Assembly (NCBI GenBank): GCA_963790945.1 | Contig: CAWBRH010000015.1 | Span: 51,695 to 115,694, forward strand | Direction of reading: 5' to 3' | DNA: 64,000 nt | Source: an uncultured Acidobacteriota bacterium | GTDB lineage: Bacteria; Acidobacteriota; Terriglobia; Acidiferrales; UBA7541 | Part shown: one piece after another, positions 32,155 through 40,938 of the stretch | Layout: every line of letters starts with the position of its first letter | How positions within the stretch are numbered: position 1 is the stretch's first letter | Position numbers and translations under genes: made by a program | The notes under the pieces: model-generated | What the model saw: the letters and a program-made list of their open reading frames with translations, nothing else | Database searches by the model: none | What the model was told of the DNA's origin: nothing

Positions 32155-33398
32155 ATGACAGTGGATTCTAGAGGGTGGCAAAGATTGGGCAAGTATGCGG
32201 CGCTGGCTGTGACGGTTGCGCTGGCGCTGAGGGTGCCGGCGGTTACGGCGCGTAGTTCGGCACGGCGGTTGTTTGAGAGCGGCGACGGAATTACGGAGGC
32301 ACAGAAGACGGCCGGCGAGGCTTTCAAGAATATTCAGGTGCTGAAGGATATTCCCGCGAGCGAATTGATTCCGTCGATGCGGTACATGGCCGCGTCGCTC
32401 GGAGTGGGGTGCGATTATTGCCATCAAGCCGACCATTTCGACAATGACGATAAGCCGACGAAGCAGCGAGCGCGGAACATGATGAAGATGATGTTTGCGA
32501 TCAACCAGGATAATTTCAACGGGAAGCGGGAAGTGACTTGCTATACGTGCCATCGGGGAGTCGCGAAGGCGGCCAGTATTGCGTCCCTTTCGGCAGCGAC
32601 GAATGGCGCGACGACGGCGGTTTGGAATCTGGTGCGAGGGGCAAGACAACTCGCGCGCCTGAGACCGGCGAGGCGGGAGGAGCTTCGAACGAAGCAGCGA
32701 AGGCGATGCCGAGCATGACGGAGATAATGGCGAAATATGTTGATGGGATTGGAGGCAGCGCTGCGATCCAGAAGAATCAGACGCGGGTGGAGCAAGGCAG
32801 CGTTGAAGGCCCGCACGGTCCTCACGCGGCAATTGAAACCTACCGGACGGCGCCGGATAAGGCGTTCGCGATTGTGCATCGGCCGAATGGCGACGTGAGC
32901 GAAGGAGTGAGCGGAGAGATTGGTTGGGGGAAACGGGCGAACGGGGAAGTGACGGAGGAGTCGGGAGATGAACTGGCGCGGAGCAGGCAGTGGGCGGAGT
33001 TTTATCCGGGCGAACGGTTCGATAAAGATTATGAGCGTTTTCAGGTGCGAGGAACGGAGAGCGTGAACGGTCACGATGCGTACGTGGTGATGGCGTGGTG
33101 GAAGGGTGATGGCGCGGACCGGATTTATTTCGATGTGCAGAGCGGTTTGCTTCTGCGGATAACGCATCGCATTGAAAGTCCGCTGGGAGCGCTTCCACTT
33201 CAGACCGATTATGAGGACTATCGCGACGTGAACGGATTGAAGATTCCGTTCACGGTGCGGGTGACGCGCGTGGATGGGACGACGACATATACGTGGCAGA
33301 AGATGGAGGCGAATGTGGCGATTGATCCCGGCCGTTATGAAAAACCCGCAGAGAAGCCGGCGGCAGAGAAGCCGGTAAAGACAGAGGCGAAACCTTAG
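32155..33398 (+). pseudogene. c-type cytochrome (reaction-centre cytochrome c subunit-like, two CxxCH) fused to a LolA/outer-membrane-lipoprotein-sorting-like beta domain; frame break near 32600-32660
   Basis: Heme motifs CDYCH and CYTCH are in ORF 32155..32718. The C-terminal domain (MPSMTEIMAKYVDGIGG...YFDVQSGLLLRI...VNGLKIPF) is in ORF 32538..33398. Confidence 0.65.
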
Positions 33399-35814
33399 TT
33401 CGATTTTGCGGCGTGGTAACGGCGTCGGCAGGCAGGCGCGGAATGCGGCGCGATGAGTCGTGGGCGGCGCGGGAAGCGCCGGGTGAATTCCGCCGCCGCA
33501 TTGAGCGTCAACCTGGAGCTGCATGGCGTCGTCAAGCTGCAGACCGTTTCGAGAGGCTGCTGAGCAAACCTGGTTGGCGCTCAATCCGAGGGTGCCGCGC
33601 ATGTCCGCGTAGTCCAGATTTGCGCCCTGCAGATTCGCGCCATTGAGAACGGTTCCCTGGAAGTGAGCTCCGTGCAAATCGGCGTTGCGCAGGTCTGCGT
33701 CGATAAAAATTGCGGTGCTTAATTCCGCGTTGTCGAGGTGAGCGGAGGAGAGCTTGGCCGACCAGAGATATGCCTGATGCATCGCAGCGTGTTCGAGATT
33801 AGCGGACTCGAGGTGGGCCTCGCGGAAATCGGCTTTGTCGAGATTGGCGCGAATGAGAGTGGCGCCGCTCATGCGGGCTGAATAGAGGCTGGCGCCTTCG
33901 AGTTGCGCGTCGACGAGAGTTACATTTTCGAGCGACGAGTAGGAGAGATTGGCGCCGCGGAGATCGGCGCGAGTCATATTGGCGCCATCGAGATTGGCGC
34001 GATCGAGATTGGTGTGAGCCATTTGCGCGCGATCCAAGATGGCGAGGCGAAGAGTTGACTGGCCAAGGTCGGCGCCGCGCATGTCCGCTTCGGAGAGGAA
34101 TGCGCCGGTGAAATCGGTGCGGAAGAGATGAGCGGTGGCGAGAAAAACGCCGTAGGCTTGCGCGTAGCGGAACTTGGCGCCATTCAGGCGCGCGCCTTTC
34201 ACGGAAGCGAGTTGGTCATCGGCGCCGGTCCAGCCCGTGGGCTTCGTGGAGATTGCGGCTTCCGTCAAATCGGCGTAGGGATCGTAGCCGATGGACCAGA
34301 AGACGCTGGGAGCCCAGCGGCGAATATCGCCGGCTGAAAATTGGGGGCGCGGCCGACGTCGTGCGGAACGCCTTTGATCGTGCCGAGCGATAGGAAGAAA
34401 AGGCCGATGACAAGGGCTGCGATCAGCCGCGAAAAGCTGAAAGACTTCACCTTTTCGAGAATTCCTGCGGAGATTTTCTTTTCCGAGGCCCAGGCTTCTT
34501 CGGGGCGGCCTACGCGAGTGGTGGAATAGACGGCGACGCCAGTGGCGGCAGCGAAAAGAAGCACGTGGAGAAGCGTGCCGTGCATGTCTTGCGCTGTGAG
34601 GTAGCGTCCCCAGACGCAGAGGATCGTAATGGGAACCAGCCAGTACGCAAGCAGGATGGAGATTGCTTTTCGATAAAGCGTGTAGACGGCGCGTCCTGGT
34701 TCATCCAGCGGAAGTGGGCGCGGATGAGGCCGGTGATGATCCAAGGCTTGTGCTCGTCGAGAGAGCTGCCGTCGGGAAAGATAGCGGGGAGCTCGAGGAC
34801 TGCGTCCCATAGGCGCTGCAAATGATATTGGAAAGTGAGATAGACGGCTACGAGCAGGGCGGGCATGATGAGATAGATTTCCGCCGTAGGGAAAGCGGCG
34901 GCGGAATGCAGGAATGGGAGTATGGAGGAGTCGGAAATTAGTTGGACGTCTTTGGTTTTCCAGATCATCAGCCAGGAGAGCGCGCTGACAGAGAGCGTTG
35001 CGGTGAAGAACGACATCACGGTCCGCGATGCGCGCGCGAAATCCGCCAATCCGGGGAATTCGAGAATTTGTGCAGGCAGTGTGGCGTCGCGCAGATTGGC
35101 GCCGGCAATCTGGCGCGGGACTAGTCCCATGGCGGAGGCGAGTGCGGCGCCTTCCATGTTGGCGCCTTCGAGATTCGCGCCGACCAGGCACGTTTCTTCC
35201 AGATTCGCGCGCGCGAGGCAGGTGTCGCGAAGATCGGCGAGGAGAAGGTCGGCGGATTTCAGGTCGGCTTCTTGCAGGTCAGCGTAGCGGAGATTGACGC
35301 CTACCAGTTCAGCTCCCTCCAGCTTGGCGCTGGCGAGATCGATTTTTTTACCTGAGATACCCTGGGATTCGACCCACTCCTTGTGCATCGCGAGTTTTTC
35401 TTCAAAGGCCCAGTCGCTGGCGATGGCGGGGAACGCCGGGGCGAGAGGCGCGGTTGCGTCCGCTAAAAGGCTTTGAGTCGTCTCCGTAGATGAGTCGGGC
35501 GCGGCGGGGGCGGCAGCAGCTTGAGTGACGGCAGCGTTGTTGTCGGAAAGCTGTAATTCTGGCTCTATAGCAGTGTCGGTTGATTCGTCTTTCTCGGATT
35601 CTTCGGTAACGACGGAGAGCTTGGTGGCTTCAGCTGTTGCGGCGAGTGCGTGGCCTTCCGCGGCTTCGGTGGTTGATTTCGAGGCGGAAACTGAGGCGAC
35701 GGCCTCTTCTGTAGCTACGTTTTGGGATACTTCCTCGGGCAGAGCCTCGGCAACCTGTACACCCGTGCCTCCGTTTTCTTCGCGTCGCGAGCCGAGCCGA
35801 AATCTCCACGCCAT
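33395..35814 (-). pseudogene. large pentapeptide-repeat / multi-TM / pentapeptide-repeat protein; at least 2-3 frame breaks, 3' end uncertain
   Basis: Three minus-strand ORFs (34510..35814, 34265..35191, 32541..34268) join sensibly: ...HFRWM|EPGRAVYTLYRKAISILLAYWL... and ...GVPHDVGRAP|QFSAGDIRRWAPSVFWSIGYDPYADLTEAAISTKP.... A(D/N)LxG repeats occur at both ends. Confidence 0.7.
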
Positions 35815-36145
35815 GAGACTAGGTGCTCCCGTTCTGTGGGGACGAGCCGCGCCTACCGGTGAGGGTCAACGTCGAAGATGTGGAATCCCCAAGCATCAAT
35901 TTTAGTCTGATTCGAGAATCGCCCTTGGGGCATCGTACTTGAACGTTTCTGAAATCGCTCCTGTACGAAAGTGCAAGTCTCGTACAGCTGTTCAGGCGAT
36001 TTTTCAGGGCCGGTACCTTTCGTTCTGGTCATATATATGTGCAGATATGGCGCTCGCGACGAATCGGGCTGCGCGCCGTGCAATTCCGCAGTATTCTTTA
36101 GTGTTGAAAGTGCTTTAAAGGGCGCTACGACAGAGGTTTGGAGGA

Positions 36146-37567
36146 ATGAAAGTGGACGCGAATACCACGGTCGCTACGAAGCCACAGGTCCGGATCGAAT
36201 CGGACAGCATGGGCAACATCGAGGTTCCCAATGACCGTTATTATGGGGCGCAAACGGCGCGGTCGTTGATTCATTTCGACATCGGCCGGGACACGATGCC
36301 TCGCGAGCTGATCCGGGCGTTCGGGATTCTGAAGAAAGCTGCGGCGCTGGTGAACCAGGATTTAAAGAAGCTCTCACCGGAGAAGGCGCGGCTCATCGTC
36401 CAAGCCGCCGACGAAGTGATTTCCGGGAAGCTTGATGAACATTTTCCGCTTCGAGTGTGGCAGACGGGAAGCGGCACGCAGACGAATATGAACGCCAATG
36501 AGGTGATTTCGAACCGGGCAATTGAAATTGCGGGCGGTGTGATGGGTTCGAAGAAGCCGATCCATCCCAATGACGACGTGAATATGTCGCAGTCGTCAAA
36601 CGATACATTCCCGACGGCGATGCACATCGCGGCGGCGACTCGGGTAGCAGAAGCGCTGATTCCGGCGTTGATCCGGCTGCGCGATGCCATCGATGCGAAG
36701 GCGCGCGAGTTTCAAGATGTAGTGAAGATTGGCCGGACACATTTAATGGACGCGACGCCCCTTACGGTAGGACAAGAGATGTCCGGCTGGGTGAGCTTGC
36801 TGGACCGCGACATCGCGCGGTTACAGATGACCCTTCCTGGGTTGTACGATCTGGCGATTGGCGGGACGGCGGTGGGAACCGGATTGAATGCGCATCCGGA
36901 GTTTGCCGAGCGCGCGGCACAGAAAATCTCCGAATTGACGGGGCTGCCCTTCCAATCACATCCCAATAAGTTCGCGGCACTCTCCTCGCACGACGAGATC
37001 GTTTTTGCGAGCGGGGCGCTGAAAACGCTCGCTGCGTCATTAATGAAAATCGCCAATGACATTCGATGGCTTGCTTCCGGTCCGCGAGCGGGCTTCGGCG
37101 AAATCACGCTGCCTGAAAACGAGCCAGGCTCGTCGATTATGCCGGGCAAGGTGAACCCAACGCAGTCGGAAGCAATGACGATGGTTGCCGTGCAGGTGTT
37201 TGGCAATGACGCAGCGATTGGATTTGCCGGTTCGCAGGGGAATTTTCAGCTGAATGTTTACAAGCCGGTGATGATTCATAATTTTCTCAATTCTGTGCGA
37301 TTGCTTTCCGACGCGTGCCGTTCGTTTACGGACCACTGCATCGTGGGAATGCAACTGGAGCGCGACCGCATTCGAGAAAATGTAGCGAACTCACTGATGC
37401 TGGTAACCGCATTAACCCCCAAAATCGGATATGACAAGGCTGCCAAGATTGCGCATAAAGCGCATCACGATCACAGCAGCCTGCGAGCTGCGGCGTTGAA
37501 ACTTGGATATCTCACAGAGAAGGAATTTGACGAGCTTGTGCGGCCGGAAAAAATGACGCATCCGTGA
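36146..37567 (+). CDS. fumC: class II fumarate hydratase
   Basis: [25 protein letters not shown]...[16 protein letters not shown] signature, 473 aa. Confidence 0.95.
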   Translation: MKVDANTTVATKPQVRIESDSMGNIEVPNDRYYGAQTARSLIHFDIGRDTMPRELIRAFGILKKAAALVNQDLKKLSPEKARLIVQAADEVISGKLDEHFPLRVWQTGSGTQTNMNANEVISNRAIEIAGGVMGSKKPIHPNDDVNMSQSSNDTFPTAMHIAAATRVAEALIPALIRLRDAIDAKAREFQDVVKIGRTHLMDATPLTVGQEMSGWVSLLDRDIARLQMTLPGLYDLAIGGTAVGTGLNAHPEFAERAAQKISELTGLPFQSHPNKFAALSSHDEIVFASGALKTLAASLMKIANDIRWLASGPRAGFGEITLPENEPGSSIMPGKVNPTQSEAMTMVAVQVFGNDAAIGFAGSQGNFQLNVYKPVMIHNFLNSVRLLSDACRSFTDHCIVGMQLERDRIRENVANSLMLVTALTPKIGYDKAAKIAHKAHHDHSSLRAAALKLGYLTEKEFDELVRPEKMTHP

Positions 37568-37780
37568 GATTGTTCCGTTGCGAAACTAGTCTTTTTTTTA
37601 AATGGCTCAACGCACCTCGTGCGGGAGAGTTTTTTGTTCCGCGATGAAACAACGTAATTACTTCTTCGAAAAATCTTAGCGTCGAGCAACGATTTGTTTT
37701 GACATCTTTGTGACTCTTCATTAAATTCACATCCCCCTTCGAGATATCTTTGTGGTTGTCCCCCTTTCACTGGAGTTCTT

Positions 37781-38344
37781 ATGCGGTTGCTGGTGGCCGA
37801 AAATGATCCATCGTTAGGAATTTTCCTGCAACGCGGTTTTGGCGCCGAGCGCTATTCCGTAGATCTGACTCAGAACGGCGAGCAGGCGCGGAGCCTTGTG
37901 CGGGAAAACGAGTACGATCTCGCTATTCTGGATTTGAGTCTGCCAAAGGAAGAAGGCGTCGCCGTGATGCGGCACTTGCGGATCTCGCGGCAGGGCATGC
38001 CCATACTGGTGCTTACGAACCGCAGCCAGATTACGGAGCGCGCGAGCGAACTTGATATGGGGGCAGACGATTTTGTGGTGAAGCCGTTTGCTTTTTCAGA
38101 GCTTTCGGCAAGGGTGCGAGCGCTTTTGAAGAGGGGCGCGCGTTCTCCGGAAAGCGTGTTGCGCATAGAAGACCTGGAACTGAATCGCGTGGAGCACTCC
38201 GTGAGGCGCGGCGACCGCGCGATTGAACTGACGCCGAAGGAATACTCGCTTCTGGAGTTTTTAATGCGCAACGCGGGGCAGCGGGTGACACGGTCTCAGA
38301 TCATCGAACATGTGTGGAACCTATCGCACGACACAATGTCCTGA
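37781..38344 (+). pseudogene. OmpR-family response regulator, 3'-truncated (winged helix cut after IIEHVWNLSHDT)
   Basis: The receiver domain is intact (LAILDLSLPKEEG, ADDFVVKPF). The DNA-binding domain stops about 40 aa early and runs into the cheR remnant. Confidence 0.8.
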
Positions 38345-38541
38345 TATATTTCGACGCTGTTTCCAAGCGGCGGACTGTACAGCACTTGTTCAATAATTTG
38401 CTCCCTGAGGGGCATTTATTTCTAGGACACTCGGAATCGCTTTACGGGGTCAGCAACGATTTCAGGCTGGTTCATTTTCCAGGGGCCACTGCATATGCGA
38501 AGCCCGACCGGCTGGAGGCACGTCAACTCCCAGGTGGCTAG
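38326..38541 (+). pseudogene. CheR-type methyltransferase, C-terminal remnant only (about 70 aa)
   Basis: NVLIYFDAVSKRRTVQHLFNNLLPEGHLFLGHSESL matches the CheR C-terminus (NVxIYFD...LFxGHSE). There is no N-terminal two-thirds and no start context. Confidence 0.7.
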
Positions 38542-38697
38542 GCTGAAACCTCTTGCGACACATCGTAAATTCAACTGCATAATCAATATTCGGGTTCAAT
38601 TAGTATGATTCTTGGCGACGCGCACCAGCCGCGTAGTCTGTTTGCTGACATAGAAACATATAAGCAGGCTAACCAAATCTAACGTGGAGGATTTTCG

Positions 38698-38997
38698 ATG
38701 AAGAAGCAGATTTCTCGATTACTGATTGTGGGCGGCTTTGCAGTTGCTTTTGTCGCAGGTGCGGCCTCGCACCTGATCCCGGGTGCGAACAGTACTACGG
38801 TGGTGGCGGCACAAGAGAAACACGAAGCATTGAAGGACGTGCGTACCGCCCGCGATATGATGCAGCAGGCCCGCGGTCTGCTGGCTGGCGCGCCTGGGTC
38901 TTTTGGCGGTCACCGGGAAAAGGCGATGAAGCATCTGGATCTGGCGCTGGGAGAAGCAAATCAAGCCCTGGAGGTCAGGGAGCACGAGAATCACTAG
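38698..38997 (+). CDS. hypothetical small secreted helical protein
   Basis: GGAGGA lies upstream of the ATG. Signal peptide/TM RLLIVGGFAVAFVAGAASHL; 99 aa. Confidence 0.6.
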   Translation: MKKQISRLLIVGGFAVAFVAGAASHLIPGANSTTVVAAQEKHEALKDVRTARDMMQQARGLLAGAPGSFGGHREKAMKHLDLALGEANQALEVREHENH

Positions 38998-39082
38998 AAG
39001 AAGATCGTGAATCCCGATCGCTCGCAGCGCCATGCGATGGAATTGAGAGCCTGCGAGCGATTTTTATTTCCGGTTCGAGAAA

Positions 39083-40036
39083 TCAGTTGGTGGTGGGAGT
39101 TGCCGGCGGCGTGGCCGAGGATGGTGGAACCGGCCCCGCGTTCACTATTTCCTGAACTACCTTTGCGGCGAGGCTTCTACTGCGAACGCATGACGTGTCG
39201 TTGATTCGGCACTGGGCCAGGGTCAGACGGCATCCGCAAGTGCATCCTTCCGAATTGAGTTTCTTGAGTGCGATGGTTTTCTGTTCGGGCGAGAGTCCGG
39301 AGAAATCAACGTCGGGAAGTTCGGTGGCCCTTACCGCATTTTTCAAAAAGATTTGGCCCGTATCCTCGAAAGTTTCGATCTTCACGTTCACAGGCAAGCC
39401 CATCAGGGCGCGGACTTCTGTGTCGTACACTTCAGGCGGATATAAACCCTCATGTTTTTGGACGATGCGGGCATCTTTGTTGATCAGAAAAGTGGTAGGG
39501 AGGGCTGGAACGCCGCCATATTCAGAAATGAGTTCGCGGCTCCACATCACGACAGGATAGTTCATGTGAAAAGCCTTCGCGAATTCCCTGACGTCGTCCG
39601 GAGAGCCATCGTCGACAGATACGCCGACGACGAGCAAGTTGTCCTTATACTTCTTGGCGAGTTCAGTGAGGATCGGAATTTCTTCGCGGCATGGTGGACA
39701 CCAGGTGGCCCAGAAATTCAAAATCACGACTTTGCCCTGCCATTGCGCGGTGGAAACCACGTTGCCATCGAGGTCTTGCACAAGAAACGGCGGGACCGGC
39801 TGCGGGTTACTCGCGAAACGAATCACCCAGTCACCATCGTCGTCAACTAATGCGGCCATGTCGGGCTGCGCTTGCGAATCTGATACTGGCTTAACATTCG
39901 ATGATTTCTCTGCCTCTCGGGCATGGGATACGAGGGCTCGAGGCGTCAGATGGCGCTCGCTCGAGGCTGCCATGCCAATCGCGAGGCCTGCCAAGCCGGC
40001 CGCGATTGCGAGAATTGCGATGAATGGTTTCGCCAT
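39083..40036 (-). CDS. TlpA/ResA-family thiol:disulfide oxidoreductase with a C-terminal Cys-rich extension
   Basis: The thioredoxin domain has NFWATWCPPCREEIP. The C-terminus has LNSEGCTCGCRLTLAQCRINDTSC. Confidence 0.85.
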   Translation of the reverse strand: MAKPFIAILAIAAGLAGLAIGMAASSERHLTPRALVSHAREAEKSSNVKPVSDSQAQPDMAALVDDDGDWVIRFASNPQPVPPFLVQDLDGNVVSTAQWQGKVVILNFWATWCPPCREEIPILTELAKKYKDNLLVVGVSVDDGSPDDVREFAKAFHMNYPVVMWSRELISEYGGVPALPTTFLINKDARIVQKHEGLYPPEVYDTEVRALMGLPVNVKIETFEDTGQIFLKNAVRATELPDVDFSGLSPEQKTIALKKLNSEGCTCGCRLTLAQCRINDTSCVRSRSLAAKVVQEIVNAGPVPPSSATPPATPTTN

Positions 40037-40289
40037 GATTTGTGTTGCGAACCCTCATTATGCAGCAGCGTGAGAGGAGGGACAAGTTTGGATCGCAATT
40101 GTGCGCGAAAAGTGAGGGGAGCGGATGAGGTTCAGTTGAGAGCAGGATGAAGAAATTGTTGGGTGCCACTCTGGGACGCAGCTTCCCAAGTTGGAATTCA
40201 AGGCGCGAGCCGAATTCGAAGTGGCGCCACCAAGTGATTGAAAACACGGGCATGTTGGGTGCAGATAGAAGTCAGATGATGGGCCAAGC

Positions 40290-40508
40290 ATTTGCATAAG
40301 GAGAGGAGTGGGTCGCGTTCCAACACGATCCGCCCAACTGGTGAATGGGGAGGAAGGGGCCCAGACATCGGAAGGAACGGGTCGTTCCCACCTGCCTCTG
40401 AGAGGGAAGCTAGGATGGATGACCCCATGATTCGATCACGCCTAGGTCGAATCAATGGAACGCGGCCTTTGGGGGCTCTCGATCCCAAGCGAGAGCCCCT
40501 CTTTTTTT
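40290..40508 (+). ncRNA. candidate structured small RNA of unknown family, ending at an intrinsic terminator
   Basis: No credible ORF. Stacked hairpins: GGAACG-GGT-CGTTCC, CCTC-TGA-GAGG, TGATTCGA-N11-TCGAATCA. A strong terminator lies at 40472-40508. The 5' end is unknown. Confidence 0.3.
40472..40508 (+). terminator. intrinsic terminator (plus strand)
   Basis: GGGGCTCTCG-N8-CGAGAGCCCC followed by TCTTTTTTT. No plus-strand protein gene lies upstream. Confidence 0.75.
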
Positions 40509-40655
40509 GGACTACGCTCGCTCCAGATTACTGCTGGTGGAACGCTTAGCTACCCGCGGCGTTGAGATGCTTCGCTTTGCTCAGCATGACAATCCTTCGG
40601 AGATGCGCGTTAGCGCAAAACAGAGGGCCGATTCGCGGCTTGTTAATCGAAACTC

Positions 40656-40883
40656 TTAGGAATTTTCGACGCGGCGGAGCACTGGGATTCTCGATTGGCG
40701 TAGAACGTGTTCCACGACGGTCTCACGGAGGCGCGAGGCGTCGTAGTCAAACATGAGGCGGTTGGTTTTCTCGTCGTAGCGGAATTTGTGCAGACCATAG
40801 GTATTTGAGAATTCGCCGAGAGTGCGGAACTGCGCTGGGTTAAGCCGATCCTGCAGCTCGTAGGTGACCGTCATGAGTGTCAT
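40656..40883 (-). CDS. hypothetical 75-aa protein, last gene of the csoR-copA transcription unit
   Basis: The ORF begins 55 nt after the copA stop on the same strand. Composition is balanced, with no Cys and a single His (no CxxC or HxxH-type motif). No family recognised. Confidence 0.55.
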   Translation of the reverse strand: MTLMTVTYELQDRLNPAQFRTLGEFSNTYGLHKFRYDEKTNRLMFDYDASRLRETVVEHVLRQSRIPVLRRVENS

Positions 40884-40938
40884 GCGCGGAATTATAGCAT
40901 CCGCTGCTTCAAGTGCTGCGGGAAGCGTGATGCGATTG

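Noticed and set aside
31996-33198. 400-aa minus-strand ORF, the longest uninterrupted ORF in this area
   Set aside because: It is Arg/Pro/Ser-rich low-complexity sequence lying exactly antisense to the cytochrome/LolA-like gene. This is a typical shadow ORF of a GC-rich coding region.
32541-33400. C-terminal ~290 aa of the 575-aa minus-strand ORF
   Set aside because: Pentapeptide repeats stop near 33500. The remainder is junk-like and antisense to a well-supported plus-strand gene. It is most likely a run-through caused by a lost stop or frame error.
40290-40508. Identity as SRP RNA, 6S RNA, tmRNA, RNase P RNA or a metal riboswitch
   Set aside because: The SRP-like GGAA tetraloop context does not extend to the conserved AGCA/GGAA domain IV pattern. 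There is no tRNA-like 3' end and no GGAAAGTCCGG-type RNase P core. No downstream plus-strand gene exists for a riboswitch. It is kept only as an unclassified sRNA candidate.
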